64,000 nucleotides of DNA from Octopus bimaculoides (lineage: Eukaryota), in NCBI RefSeq assembly GCF_001194135.2, contig NC_068983.1:117182959-117246958 (forward strand). The letters are read 5' to 3'. Under the pieces are notes generated by a model. The model saw only the letters and a program-made list of their open reading frames with translations, ran no database searches and was not told the DNA's origin. Shown in pieces: positions 40,391 to 55,200 of the stretch (positions are counted from its first letter, which is position 1; each line of letters starts with the position of its first letter). The translations under genes were made by a program, and so were the position numbers.

Positions 40391-40595
40391 CAAGGCACAA
40401 GGCCCGAAATTTTGAAGGAGAGGACCAGTCGATTAGATTGACCTCAGTTCGCAGCTGATACTTAATTTATAGACTCCCAAAAGATGAAAGGTAAAGTCGA
40501 CCTCGGCGGAATTTGAACTCAGAGCTTAAAGACGGGCGAAATACCGCTAAGCACTTCGCCCGACGTGCTAACGTTTCTGCCGGCTCGCTGCCTTA
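40391..40595 (-). mobile_element. SINE family A, full length
   Basis: Reverse complement of ggcagcgagccggcagaaacgttagcacg...gagttcaaattccgccgaggtcgac. Confidence 0.92.
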
Positions 40596-40779
40596 CTACC
40601 ACCAATATCATTGTCATGGTTATTATCAGTACTATTATTGCAACCACCACTACTACTATTATAAGTAATAATAGCAGCTACAGCAGCAGTATCAGAAACA
40701 GCAGTAACAATAAAGAACCAGCAGAAGTAGTAGAGTTATTTGCAATAGAAATTGTGTTCATAATATCTACATAATTGTT

Positions 40780-41237
40780 ATTATTACGAGAATGAAGATT
40801 ATGAATTTTATTTAGTTTTTTTTATAGTTTAAGGAAGAGATAATATCGCCTAAATAGGTGTTGTAGAATATGAGAATTTTATTGTGTTTATTGAGTATTA
40901 ATGGTATCTATTATTAGAGTGAAAGTATATTTATAATGCTTGAGAGAATAAAGAAGATATTTTACTAGATACATGACTAGTAAATGGAGCATTATAGCAT
41001 ATATTGCTAGTCTGTTGAATGGTTTATTAGACTGATAATTTTTATTATTAGTTTTCAGTAGGGATTTTATAATTATTAGTATTATGAGATTTGCATTTAC
41101 ATTCATTAACTTTATTACTGCAGTAGTGATTAATACATAATTTATGGATTTGATCATTATTATTTGATTTATCTTTAGGATTATAAGTTTTAAGACATTT
41201 TGTGTTGGTAAGTTCTTTATTTAACCTATTAAATATG

Positions 41238-41297
<60 letters not shown>

Positions 41298-42410
41298 GTG
41301 ATTCTTGTTTATCCTTTCTATGAGTAATATATCCTTTTTACACTTATAGCCAGCTCTAGAAAGAACTCATCATGATATTTCTTCGTTAGCCTAAATTTTG
41401 GAAGTGTGATGTGAGATGCTATTTATAAATGATTTTATCATTGCACGTAGCTGTTAGAATTTTTGTTTATGTATTGCTGATTTTCATTAATTTTGTAATA
41501 TGGTTTATATACCAGATTTTAAACTGAATTAAACATCTAAGACATCTGCTGTTTTAAAGTTAGATTTTTCAGTAATAGAAAGCCTGAAAATTAAAAAAAA
41601 ATTACTGACTTGCTTTTTGATTTTTTTTTATCTATGCTTACGCTTCTATGTTCTTAAAAGTAGAAAAGAGAATCTGCTCGATGTAATCCTCCCTGAATAG
41701 AAATGAAATGTAATTTAATATTATATAATAAGTATACTTCTACAAAATCTTCGACCTCAGCGAAGTCACTGGACTACGTAGTTATATCGAAATTATCAGG
41801 TCTATTTTTTCTCTTTCATAATTTATTGCCAGATCTGATAATAGGTTTTCTAGCTTCGAGAGTTATATGAATTTCTTTTTGTCAAGATTAGTATTTTTCA
41901 CAGTAAAAATAAGAGCTTTGTTAAGAAGAGTAGGAATTATTGATGAGTAATAGTTTTTAATATCAATTTGTAGAAGTTTCATGTTTTTTTTTTTGTCCTT
42001 GAAGTTGATGACACAATCTATCACGGTTAAGCAATCAGTCCAGATTAAGAGAAATAATTGATTTTAAAAAAGGAGTAATACGATCTAAAATTTCTTTACT
42101 CATTCCACCAATATCAGATTTAAATGGGCAAATTGGTCTTATTGCAAGATTTTCCGCGAAATTATGTTTATGATCCTTTAAGTGATTCTCGGTGTCATAG
42201 TTTCATGAGCTATAGTTTGATCTTTAATATTAATGTCATTTGCTATTTTAAGTCCTGTTGAGTTGATATTGTCTAAAATCGATTCAGAATTCTTTTTTTA
42301 TAATTTTTATATAATTCTTATATATTAAGTTTATTATGTCTCTGAATACAAAAGTTGTAAGCGTTTCCAATTTTATCTGAATATACTAGAATTTGTAAAG
42401 CACTTTCTAG
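40780..42410 (-). mobile_element. Degenerate Penelope-like element RT region
   Basis: KDHKHNFAENLAIRPICPFKSDIGGMSKEILDRI matches the PLE motif KDHK.nF..np..RlInP.KS.iG.iSK.ILD. Confidence 0.8.
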
Positions 42411-43591
42411 TTTTTTAATTATATGTTGGATTTGTGAGGATGTGTGCGCGTGTGTGTGTGTAGTGGGGGGGTGTATCTGTATATGTATGAATGAAAAGGT
42501 GTATGCATTATGTACATTGATATATGTCTGAAGAATTTCTAATATGAAATGTCTTATATGTTTATCTACAAATTTGTAATTCCTGTTAGCTATTGAAACA
42601 TGTGTAATGGTGACTAACTAGTATCAAAAACATTTTCCAACCGCCCATTTTGAAATGCAATTACTTTGCAAAAAATATTCCCGAAATAACTACATGCACA
42701 ATTGACTGTAATAACTATATACACAATTCGAAGAGTAGATTAAACAGATATGCTTCATCGGGATACAGCTTGGATTTTAATCCTACTTGCATTATGTATG
42801 TACGTGAGTATGCATGTATGTATGCGTGTGTGTGTGTGTTCGTGTTTGTGTGTGTGTGTGAGAGAGAGAGAGGTGACAGAAAATGTGCTTTCGTGTGTAG
42901 CTTATCCTACACATGCTTTATACACTTATTGAAAAAGCAGAAAATAGTTTCTGTTCGTAATACATGGCCAAGGGATAGTAACCTTTATTTGAATCAACAA
43001 AACCTGGCAAACAACACATTGAATAAAACAATTACATGAATGTAAATTATGTGAAATATTTGTACAGTAGAAAAAGGAAATTTATTCACCATAAATTTAA
43101 TCTGTATGCAACAAATTAAGAATGAATGCTCTCATGTGACACACCAACATCACACAGTCTTTTCTCTTTTATAAAGACAAAATGCAGTGACTAGTAAACT
43201 TGAGTATTACCTTTAGTATTTTTCAAGTAAGACAGATCTCTTGTTAAATCTGATATATAAAAGAAATATTCTGAAAAATTCTACTTGTAATTCAGCTTAC
43301 GGAAGTTAAGAATGTGTACATGCTTGCAAGAGAATAGTTTGACAGCAATTCGACAGTGTTTATAAGTTCTAGTATTGTGTAAATGTTGAAAGTAACCAAA
43401 ATTAAATGCAATCTAAGAAACTAAAAAAAATATTTCCACGAGAGGCTGGTTTTACTGTTTTTTTGTCATGTCACGAATAAAAATCGAAAAGCTGTTTTAA
43501 GTAATTTTCTTTTTTCCTGAACATTGCAAGACTTATGGGAAGTCACCACACCCAAAAGCACACATATCTGTCTATGTATCTAGCTAACGTC

Positions 43592-43628
<37 letters not shown>

Positions 43629-43836
43629 NNNNNNNNNNNNNNNNNNNNNNNNNNNNNNNNNNNNNNNNNNNNNNNNNNNNNNNNNNNNNNNNNNNNNNNN
43701 NNNNNNNNNNNNNNNNNNNNNNNNNNNNNNNNNNNNNNNNNNNNNNNNNNNNNNNNNNNNNNNNNNNNNNNNNNNNNNNNNNNNNNNNNNNNNNNNNNNN
43801 NNNNNNNNNNNNNNNNNNNNNNNNNNNNNNNNNNNN

Positions 43837-43884
<48 letters not shown>

Positions 43885-43888
<4 letters not shown>

Positions 43889-44105
43889 TCTTTTACTTGT
43901 TTCAGTCACTTGACTGCGGTTATGCTGGAGCACCACCTTTAGTCGAATAAATCGACCTCAGGACTTATTCTTTGTAAGCCTATTGCTTATTCTTTTCTAC
44001 TCTAGGTACTCTAGGCACAAGGTCCGAAACTTTGGGGGAGGGGGCCAGTCGATTACATCAACTCCAGAACGCAACTGGTACTTAAATTATCTACTCCCAA
44101 ACGAT
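43885..44105 (-). mobile_element. Composite of a family B SINE 3' part and a family A SINE 3' part
   Basis: 43890-43995 matches family B; 44010-44100 matches the family A tail ggcacaaggtccgaaa. Confidence 0.8.
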
Positions 44106-44511
44106 AGAATGTAAGAATAGAATGAAATAGATTTATTCATAGTTTTGTTATATGCCTCCGATTCTTTAAATGAGGCATATATCCACTGCTTCAGGCGATT
44201 GGGCTCATCTTCATAATTTTCACCCTATTAATGCATTTAGTTAACGGACCGAAAATAACTCTACTGCAAGAAATGCAATCACTGTTCATCTCACAAAATT
44301 AACATTTATATCAAGTGTTGTTAGGTACATCCGCTAACTGTACACTTCATCAAGTTGCAAAGTAAGTGAATTCATCTACGTGATATGAATGTAATAGATC
44401 ACAGGTTATCTGACGTTAATCTGTGCCGAAAGGACTCTTGTACATTCGAAACAATAAGTCTAAGCAGGTGTAAGCAAGTCTGTGGTGTTCTGTTTCTCAC
44501 TACCACATGTT

Positions 44512-44760
<249 letters not shown>

Positions 44761-45390
44761 TAGAAGCAATAGTAATTACTGTTGTTGACGTGGCTGTCGT
44801 GGTTGTGGTTCAATCCTATATCATATTTGAGAGAGTTCATGCCTAAATATAATTATTCCAGAGGTTTTCATCCCCTCAATTGTTCTGTTTTAAGATGGTT
44901 GGATGTCATTTAAAGGATATATGGCTGCTCTTCGACCAAACTAAGAGCTCTCACATTGGCTAATCACGACCTCACATCATTGTTTCTGTCTATTTGTACA
45001 CACACTAAAAAGATTTACTTAAATCATGAAAGATTGTAGTTTATAATTAATCAGTTTCATGTCATATGGAGCTCTTCACTTATAACGTAAGGTATTTAAA
45101 CGATATTATTTCTTAAATTCCTCAAGCTACTGTTGCATGTGTAACTTCGCTTGGATCTTTTCCCTTTGATGGGCAACTCGATGAATTAATTTTCTTTAAC
45201 TAAACACTTTGAAACTTCGGATACTGGTAGAATGTGTCATATAGAACATCCTTTATACTTAGCGTTGTTGAAAAAAGTTTCCTTTTTCGAAGTTATTTCG
45301 TGTTAAATTTGTCGTATTTCGGTAATTTCAACCAATCAATGACGTCTACTCAGCTGAATAAAATTACTGTTGTTGTTTGTCAACAACTAT

Positions 45391-45562
45391 CCCTAACCCT
45401 AACCCTTACCCTAAAACCCTAACCCTAACCCTAAATCCATAACCCTAACCCTAAGACCATAACCCTAAAACCCTAACCCTAACCCTAATACCCTAACCCT
45501 AAAACCCTAACCCTAAAACCCTAACCCTAATCCTGAAACCCTAACCCAAACCCTAACCCTAA
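45391..45562 (+). repeat. Interstitial telomere-like (CCCTAA)n array with variant units
   Basis: More than 20 units of CCCTAA, CCCTAAAA and CCATAA; bracketed by inverted repeats at 45360-45387 and 45665-45692. Confidence 0.95.
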
Positions 45563-47202
45563 CTAGAAAAATTGTTGTAAATTTTTTTAAAGCTAAAACC
45601 AGTACAAACGCACGAATGATGCCATAAATAACAATGACAAACACAATATACACCACCGATAGTTGTTGTTGACAAACAATAGCAGTAATTTTTTCCGATT
45701 AAAAGATGTTAAACTCGAGCTTGAACGATATTCCGTACACCATTTCTTTATATAGAAATTTCCTTACGGTGATACATTGAAAGAAATATAATTTGACAGA
45801 TGTGTTTCTGGAGCACATCTAATGTCCCCACTATCGATTGCATGAAATAAATTATGCATAGTAACGTTCATGATATTGTCGCCACTAACAGTTCGGTGCT
45901 TGTAAGTAAAAAAAAAAAAAAACAGGTAAGGAGTATTGTTAGTTGACAATAAATAATCCATCCCATGTTCCTTTCATTTATACAAGAACTGACTTGAGGC
46001 GAGGCTAAATAAACATTCTAATACATAATGTATAATGATGTATAAGAATATATGTAACTGAAAGTAATGGTGTTTATTGAAATTCCAAGTTTCGGTTGCC
46101 CCGGAAGACGTGTCTGGCTTTCTAGATTTTTTCTTTTTACTTTTGGAAAATGTAAGCTGATTTCAGTGGTTGAGGAAGGTAATAAAACCCAGACGTTTTG
46201 CTCCTGGCAAAACAGACAACCTTCACATAATTATCCCTACAGTGGAGAAACTGAACTGTAGAGTGTCACTCTGCACTACTGCTTTAAGCCACCACCATTA
46301 CCATCATCACCACAATAGCAACAACAAAGTATTTCTCAGACCACTAAAAGAGAGGCTCAAGGATAAGTCTTTTTCCCAATAGCTCTCACTAAAAACAACA
46401 ATATCAAATAAAGGGTTTTGTTAAAGACAAAAATTAGGGAAGCACTAAATAGATTTAGCAAAGATATAACTATTAAAAAAAAACTCAAAAGAAAAGAAGA
46501 GGAATTGGTTGCTCGGATATAATTTCTTAAATTCCTCACGCTACATTTGCATGTGTAACTTCGCTTGGATCTTTTCCTTTTGATGGACAACTCGATGAAT
46601 TAATTTTCTTCTATGTAGAAGAGACATCGCAAACGGTGTAGTAATGCTGTGAAAGACCTCAATCATTTCTTCAACTCGAAACAAGAAGGCTGCTTTCCAA
46701 GTTCGCGGAGTGTGCTAATTCACAAATTAGAAAGTCTTTTGGCCTCGGATTATGGATGCCTTAAGTGGTAGCAAATTTAGAATTCAGAGTATGATGACTG
46801 CGACAGGAATGTGTACTCCGATTCAAATCAGATAAGCTCACTTCACCAGCAGTACTTTACCGAATTGTTCTCTATGAGAGGACTACAGGCAGTGGAATTT
46901 GATGACATGAATGTTTATTGCTTTTCTCGAACAGAGAGATAGAGCTTCGAAAAGCCAAATCCAGTTATCGAAATGGTGAACCAAAGGTACCACTCTGTTA
47001 GACGCAAATGGAAGATTTTTCTTACCGGTTATATTTTCACACATAACCAAATTTAACTTTCAGATGTGTGAAAATAAATCCTAACTGTTTCTGCGACAAT
47101 CGAAATCATATTTGTATGCCACTCCTCACACCTATCTCCGAAGGGCTTTGAGATAACACTAATGCTTAATTTATATATAAGTCTGTGTGCATACGCGCGC
47201 TC

Positions 47203-47300
<98 letters not shown>

Positions 47301-48406
47301 TTGATTGATGTTTAATAAGCTGATGGATGGAGAAATATCCATAAATATAAATGGTTTTTGCTCACAAGCTCATATTTCTAGTCGTCTGAGCAGTATATAA
47401 AATCTGTGCAGAAACCCATGTGCTAATCATTTCTCCGTTTTCCAGCTTATGTGAATAGGCGTCATTCTGATTGAATCCGAACACAGCCGCTAATTTCACC
47501 TATTGGGTTGAAAAACCAGAGACTCTCTTAACAATATTGTCTTCATTTACTTCCGAAGCTGGACATAACGATTTTATTACATTATTTCCATTGATATTAC
47601 TTCTATAGTTTAAAAAACCATACAAATAGTGTTTCTTTTGTAATCAGTTAAGCTAATCGATGTTTTCGAATTCACAGTGCAATATATGTGATAGGTTACA
47701 GCATACACAGTTACAAAGTAGAGCGTTCCCTCAGGCAACTTTCGTCGGCTTTGATATTTCAATTCATAATCATCGTCACCAATTCCACTCTATATATTGT
47801 AACGTTTACGTCTTGAATATCTAGCGGAATATGCTTAGCTAAAGCGATTAAGAAAGGGCGAACCACGTTTGTTACTCTCACCAATTTAGTTTTAAAAGAA
47901 TACCTACTTCTAACTAACTCATTCGGGTTTGTCTTCGAACAGTTTGGATTCGCTGATATTATTGAATTTCTCACCCTAACTTATTAACAACATACTTCAA
48001 ACAAATGTAAAGAATTTTCTGTCTTGCAATTTTCAAATTGCTATTTCATGAATGAGATCGTACCGTATATTTAACATGCTAACACGCATACAAACATGGA
48101 AACCCACACACACATACACGCACATACATGTAAATACACGCATATATATATATATATATATANNNNNNNNNNTTTTAAAGATGTTTATTCATTTGACCAG
48201 TTTCACTTTTTTTTAGAAAAAGATTGTCAAAAGTAAAATATAAAGGTTTGTATGACCTTTGTTTTGTTAAGTATTAAAAAACAGAAATACATTCTTTGAT
48301 AATAATAAGAAAATATTAAAAACAGTTTACAAGAAAGTATTTAAGAAAGTAATCAGAATGGGAGGAGTCCTGTTCTGATTATTTGCGGTACCTTACAACT
48401 TTACTT

Positions 48407-48443
<37 letters not shown>

Positions 48444-50084
48444 TGTATTCAATATTCAAGGTGAAGCTTGCTCACTATTCAATAGAGGTATTCAATAACG
48501 TTCACTGCCAATTGACTTCAAGGATGGTGGTTATACTAACTGAAATCTGTATGCGTTTCCAAGAAACATTAGCAAATACTTCAAAAGTAAATTCATTAAA
48601 ACTAGGAATGGAAACTACTTTAAAGATTCTGTTCACTGTGAGATTATCTTATGGTGTTCGATGCTATTTATAAAATTGTTACGATACACATATTGCAGAT
48701 AATATGTTCGTAAAAATTCAGTCTGTACAGATCAAAATTGCACAATTTAAAGCAAAGTATAGATTCTCCTCCAAATCAGCCTTTTGTTACTTGACAGAAA
48801 TAGACATTCTCGCTAGTTCCAGGGAATTATGTATTTATACATACTGCCTTTGTTTGGCGTTAATGGATGCAGCGACAATAAAACAATGTGTATATTTATA
48901 GTTATTGAACGGTTGTTAGACGTGTTATATATGACATGACTGCTACATCACATTCGTGATTTGTCTCAATATCATTTTGATATTTTTATGTTAAAAACAA
49001 AGTACTGTGTTTGGAGACGATAGTATTAATTTGATGGAAATTGAGTAATTAAAAGTATATATAAGTAGATGAAATATGCTTATTAAACTATAATTGTTCT
49101 TAGAATATATTTGTTTTATATCGACTTCTCAAATAATCACAAAATTTGCAATTTCTGGGAGGATGCCTATAAGATTGAATTGATGCCAATGTATGACTGG
49201 CGTCTACTTCATCGACTGCAAAAGAAATAATGAACAGTTGTTATAGGCGTGATTGGCAATATGCACTAAAGTGCTGAGAGATATAAAATTTAGTAGAGAA
49301 GAGAAGGGCATTGAGTAGCTACTCGGATCAAATTGTGAAAAGAAGCAACAAAATCTTACTCAAAGTTTACGTTACTTTCTTAAGAAATGAAACGCAAATT
49401 CGAAAATATTATTCCAGCTATCTATATCACTGAATAAAAGAGGTGATGATCATGTTTGACACGAATTTAATCCATGACCTGCTCATTCAGGGTTGATCTG
49501 GCATTAAACAACTAATAGAAATATTTTAAATGCTTAAACAAGAAACAATGAATTAAAGATATGGAATAGAAAATGAAGATGTTTCATGTATTAACTTCTC
49601 TATTTTGCTTCATAAATCAAGAACGCCAACTTCGGTGAGATAAAGTTACTGGAACGAAACTAAATTTTACAACGTAATTAGTCAAATAAACGAATCTTTC
49701 TCATTCTCCACTGTTCATAAAACTTTTACACAATAAAATAAAACAACAACTTAAGGATTAATTAATTTATAGTTCAGCTAAAGTTGATCATGAAATGTTT
49801 TTGAATGGACTGAAATACGGACTTAAGAATTGCAGGTAACATGTATGTACTTTCATGCACAATCGTATTGGGACATTTAACATAATTACGTTTATTTTCG
49901 TGATTTGTGTTGCTTTCAGTATGTCAAACATTACTTCACTGAATGATGAGAAAGACAGCGGATTGTCTGCTNNNNNNNNNNNNNNNNNNNNNNNNNNNNN
50001 NNNNNNNNNNNNNNNNNNNNNNNNNNNNNNNNNNNNNNNNNNNNNNNNNNNNNNNNNNNNNNNNNNNNNNNNNNNNNNNNNNNN

Positions 50085-50151
<67 letters not shown>

Positions 50152-50199
50152 GATAGATAGAAACATACATACACGACACATGTATGTATAGAAAAAGTG

Positions 50200-50900
50200 A
50201 AAGGGATACAGTGAACTTGCCGTGAGGAATGGAATATCCAACGTTTCGGATGTGATCCTTCGTTAGGGTGTTCAGAAAAAAAGAAGTTGAAGAAAGACAA
50301 ATAGAGTTTGTATCCTCTCAGCTTGAAAAACTGGCTGCAACTGACAATGGACGATGAATAACATGGGCTGCTAACGTGAAACAGAAATTATAGGAGAGGG
50401 CGTGCAAAAAGGAAGAGGAAAAGAGTGATAGACAGGGTAGAGATAAGTAAATAGAGTTAAGAGAGTAGAGTAGAGAGAGGGTTGAAGGAAGATAAAAAAG
50501 GGTAAAACAGAATTAAGAGGTGGTGAAAGGATGAAGGGAAAAATGTCCATTCATACCTGACGGGGATAAATGTCAAGATCTAATATGTGTAAAAAGTGCT
50601 ATTCTTGTTATGCGTTAAATGATAAGGCTGGAAAGATATCAATCAGGAATGCATTTATTCGATCCATTCACATAAGGTATGGATTTCTCAATTACTTTCC
50701 ATTTAATCACACGTAGTGTTTCTTTATCTTTCAAAGTCCATACACAGCTAGCCAACTTCGTAGCTTTACTTTTGTTCCTAGTAAATACATCGAATAAACG
50801 TAGACTTTGTTTGGCTGAAAGAGCGCAGATCCTGTTCAGATCTATGATACGTAACTCTTTATTGAACTCCATTAAACTTGATGATTATGCATAACTTTTC
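50200..50900 (-). mobile_element. Penelope-like element 3' end (GIY-YIG C-terminus plus pseudo-LTR)
   Basis: KATKLASCVWTLKDKE...IKWKVIEKSIPYVNGSNKC; hammerhead-like motif downstream at 50270-50236. Confidence 0.75.
50236..50270 (-). ncRNA. Degenerate minimal type I hammerhead ribozyme motif
   Basis: CTAACGA-A-GGAT cac ATCC-GAAAC-GTT with palindromic AACGTT stem III; core is one base from CUGACGA. Confidence 0.5.
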
Positions 50901-51057
50901 GAATATCTTCCATACATAACGAACGAATGATAAATTATTTCACAAGCGTGAGAATATCTTAGTAAATTCGGACCAAAATGCTGAAGTCGCAAGTAACTTT
51001 AATCTCGTTAACCACACACATTCGTACACAATATGTACACACACACACACACATACA

Positions 51058-51097
<40 letters not shown>

Positions 51098-51496
51098 TAC
51101 ACATATAAACACACACATACTCACACACACATAGAGACACACATATTATATTATATTAGAGGAAAATCAAACGAAGGCAGAGCCTGGTATAGCGGAACCC
51201 TAACACGGCTCCCTAGATCCAGCCTTAGCTGTGATCTTGGAACCTAACGGTTGTCCAACTATAGCTCTTACCCAGCGTACCTATTTGTTTAAATCACAAG
51301 TGAACTATACCCCTCATATTCTTTATATATTCTTTATATATTCTTTATATNNNNNNNNNNNNNNNNNNNNNNNNNNNNNNNNNNNNNNNNNNNNNNNNNN
51401 NNNNNNNNNNNNNNNNNNNNNNNNNNNNNNNNNNNNNNNNNNNNNNNNNNNNNNNNNNNNNNNNNNNNNNNNNNNNNNNNNNNNNNNNTATATATA

Positions 51497-52222
51497 AGGC
51501 ATAACGTCGCCATCACTAGTGATCATACCAGACACCATGATGTTGACTGGATGCTTGGTTTTTATCACTCTCAGTACATGTTTTGGGATACTGCAGGCCA
51601 ACGCTTGTTCTGTGTGTTCACCAGCTGATCCTGACAGAGATTCTCTCACGTGAGAAAATCCAAAGCCTGTTCGGTTAGAGGGGATGCTTAAGTTTGTTCA
51701 AAAGCTTCGTAGCGCGGTCTTTTCTATTGTCTTTGATGGCTTTTGAGAAAAATGGGCCCTTTCTTATCTCGTATGAGGAATACCGAATGTCTTCATGCAC
51801 TAACTTCCTGATAAGAAACTCCCATGTCCCTAGCCTTGGACCTGATTGACTTGGCGGGATCATGTCCTGGGTATCACTAACAAATCCAGGATTTCTCTTC
51901 TTATCAGAACGATCAGTGTGAGTTTTCCGAGCTGCCGTACCTTCGTAATCACCATCGAACTCTTTCCAAATCCTCTGCACTGTCCTCAGATTGACACCGA
52001 GTCACTCTGAAATATTCTTATTGGAGTTTCTCACGCGAATGCCAAGTAGTACAGCATGTCATTTCTAAATTTCTGGCAGAGTGAACTGCGCCATGGTGCT
52101 GTTTTCTCACATACGGTGCCCATCTGACCCTACTATGCTGTGTAGTTGACACAATTCTAAAAACAAATGCGTATGCTTGAAATTAAAAATATAAAATAGC
52201 ACCCAATTTACGCATCGCACCC

Positions 52223-52224
<2 letters not shown>
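51497..52224 (-). mobile_element. Tc1/mariner-superfamily transposon (maT-like), 5' portion
   Basis: ATG at 52094 then MAQFTLPEI...LGVNLRTVQRIWKE...HEDIRYSSYEIRKG...KLKHPL and KTKHPVNIMV...TSDGDVMP; terminus agggtgcgatgcgtaaattg. Confidence 0.88.
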
Positions 52225-52279
<55 letters not shown>

Positions 52280-52755
52280 NNNNNNNNNNNNNNNNNNNNN
52301 NNNNNNNNNNNNNNNNNNNNNNNNNNNNNNNNNNNNNNNNNNNNNNNNNNNNNNNNNNNNNNNNNNNNNNNNNNNNNNNNNNNNNNNNNNNNNNNNNNNN
52401 NNNNNNNNNNNNNNNNNNNNNNNNNNNNNNNNNNNNNNNNNNNNNNNNNNNNNNNNNNNNNNNNNNNNNNNNNNNNNNNNNNNNNNNNNNNNNNNNNNNN
52501 NNNNNNNNNNNNNNNNNNNNNNNNNNNNNNNNNNNNNNNNNNNNNNNNNNNNNNNNNNNNNNNNNNNNNNNNNNNNNNNNNNNNNNNNNNNNNNNNNNNN
52601 NNNNNNNNNNNNNNNNNNNNNNNNNNNNNNNNNNNNNNNNNNNNNNNNNNNNNNNNNNNNNNNNNNNNNNNNNNNNNNNNNNNNNNNNNNNNNNNNNNNN
52701 NNNNNNNNNNNNNNNNNNNNNNNNNNNNNNNNNNNNNNNNNNNNNNNNNNNNNNN

Positions 52756-52794
<39 letters not shown>

Positions 52795-53269
52795 AAAGTA
52801 AGAAAATGGAGATATAGCATTTAATGAAAATTTATTATGTACAAAATTCAAGCATAGTCCCTTACAGCTGTTTCAGTTAACCCTAACAGATTAAATGGCA
52901 ATTATTAAAATCATTATATTAAGCAAAATCTGTTCAGAGGGTTAGAAGAAAGATATACCGTTAGATTTTTTTCTATGTGTTGTATTTTAGAAAAAAATAA
53001 TTTTTTGCCTAATGTATAAACTGAGCTTTGAAGCGCTCAAGATATTCGAACTTGAGGCATTAGATGAATATAGAAATGAGAATCAAGTTAGACTAATCAA
53101 TTCACTCATAATAATACGTATATTCAACCATAGATCTAATATGCATGAAGTTTTATAATATACGTAATACATACATACATACATACATACATACATACAT
53201 ACATACATACATACGTACATACATACGTATGTACGTATGTATGTCTATATATATATATGTGTGTGTGTG

Positions 53270-53322
<53 letters not shown>

Positions 53323-54989
53323 GTGTGTGTGTATTTTCAAAAAGATTCATTAAATATCTAATTTTTCCTAAATTTCTAATTGTCTTCTTGACGCAAAATT
53401 TGCCATGAGTGAAATCTATAATTGAAACGGCTTCAGTCTCTAGGGGAATTTAATGCACTTCCATTAAGCTATTAATGTCACTGGGAACAGCATGCAAATC
53501 TAAGTACGTCGCTCTCCAATTATGTAAATATTTAATCTGATTCCTACATATAAACTCGTTTCCTTAACATTAACATATTTCCCATTTCAAAATATGCGCA
53601 TATTAGATACACAAGAGTGTTAAGGAGAGTATAGTATATGAGTTCCAAACTAGGAAAGAAAACAAACCAGGCGTGCTGTATAGAAATAACACTTTGTGAT
53701 AACACGTAAGGGAGAGATTTGTTGTACACCCCGCGGAGATAAAGATAGCGGCTGGAAAGTATGTCACGAAAGTGACAGAATATTTTATACTATAATACAC
53801 TCTTAGTACATTTCTCTAGGATTGAAATGAAAGACATATGGCAATCAGGCACATATAATTGCACTATCAATTAATATTGGATTTCTTGTAATGTATCAAT
53901 AATTTAGATACCTGTAATCGTCGATGCAGAAAATCATTGAAAAGTAAAATGAAGGCACATAAAGACATATAATGCGTCTATAAATAAATACATACATACT
54001 TACATACATACACGCATGCATACAAACAAACATGCATTAATACATGCACACATTCATATTTGCATACATACAAGCATACATCCATACATTCATATATTTA
54101 AAATGATTTGACATACTTATAAACATTCTTACACAGGAATACTGAGGCGAAACAAACGTGGGTACACTGATTTATGTAAGACTGATATTGTTTATATTAC
54201 AACTGACAAAAACACAAGCACACATTGTTATTTCCAACGATAAGTCTACTGTGTTACTTTTTAGTATTAGTTTTCACAACTTGTGGGAAGTGAGTCACTT
54301 CCGGTTTGTATCTGGGATCGAGGCTGTTTTTTTTTTCAGAAAAAGAGGTGGGGTCCATTTTGTCTCCTGTCTGTATCTCAGAAAACCCGCTGTCATCCCT
54401 GAATGATCTTCTTTGGTTATTTTATGTTATTGCGAGCGTGGCTTTGTACCAGTGTGACCAAAGTTTTTGTAAGATAATTTAAATATATCTAGCTGTTTTC
54501 CTTACATTAACCTGAGACATATAACGATGTGTAGATAATTGTGTATCCTTGGGCGGAAGTATTTCAGTATATCCAACATTTTTTTCTTCATTCGTTACTT
54601 ATCACCCGCCTGTGTCAGTCATAATAAACATGTTCAATGTATTTTGTAATCAAATTTTGTTATAGAAAGTTGTATACAGGAAGTCAAATATCAGTAAAAT
54701 CCTGTTCAAATAATTTTTGTATTTAAGTTTGTCTTATTTTGTAGTCTACCGTAGACTACCATACATTTGTATATACACGCGGTATACCTGTACGATGTTA
54801 CGTACAAGTAGAAAATAAATGACTCCAAAAATTTTAAACATTGTTCTTCTTTGTTGTCACAGTGGTGATTGTGACCCGCTTGCCTAGATTTCTTAACGAA
54901 GCAGCAACACACATACATATGGACCCAAGTGAATAATGAAAACAACGCAAAGATTTAATTTTTCTTATTGTACTAATAACTCTGCTAAG

Positions 54990-55200
54990 TCACCGCCTTC
55001 AATTGGCCAGGTATCTTAGTGGGAGGGGATAAGTGAATTAGATCAACCCAGTACTTGACCGGTACTTAATTTATCGTGTCTGAAAGGATGAGAGGCAAAG
55101 TTGACCTCGGAAGAATTTGAACTCTAAGTGTAAAGATTTTGAGCAAATAGCACCAAGCTTTGTGTCTGACGTTTTACAGATTCTGCGATCTCGCTACCTC
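54990..55200 (-). mobile_element. Diverged family A SINE
   Basis: aaaggatgagaggcaaagttgacctcggaagaatttgaactc. Confidence 0.8.

Larger units (their letters stand above)
37800..43590 (+). pseudogene. Decayed TLR-like gene remnant F, broken by CR1, SINE and PLE insertions
   Basis: RENNLS 37885-37902, MFNNVLLLKMLML 38441-38479, CLCENVC 38645-38665, NLYLNQQNL 42980-43006, LQENSLTAI 43324-43350, TIR-end-like QKHTYLS 43553-43573. Confidence 0.4.

Noticed and set aside
45391-45562. True chromosome end
   Set aside because: Short, degenerate and flanked by ordinary sequence on both sides
46640-46900. Possible mariner 3' fragment (IMDALSGSKF)
   Set aside because: One weak motif only; not enough to call
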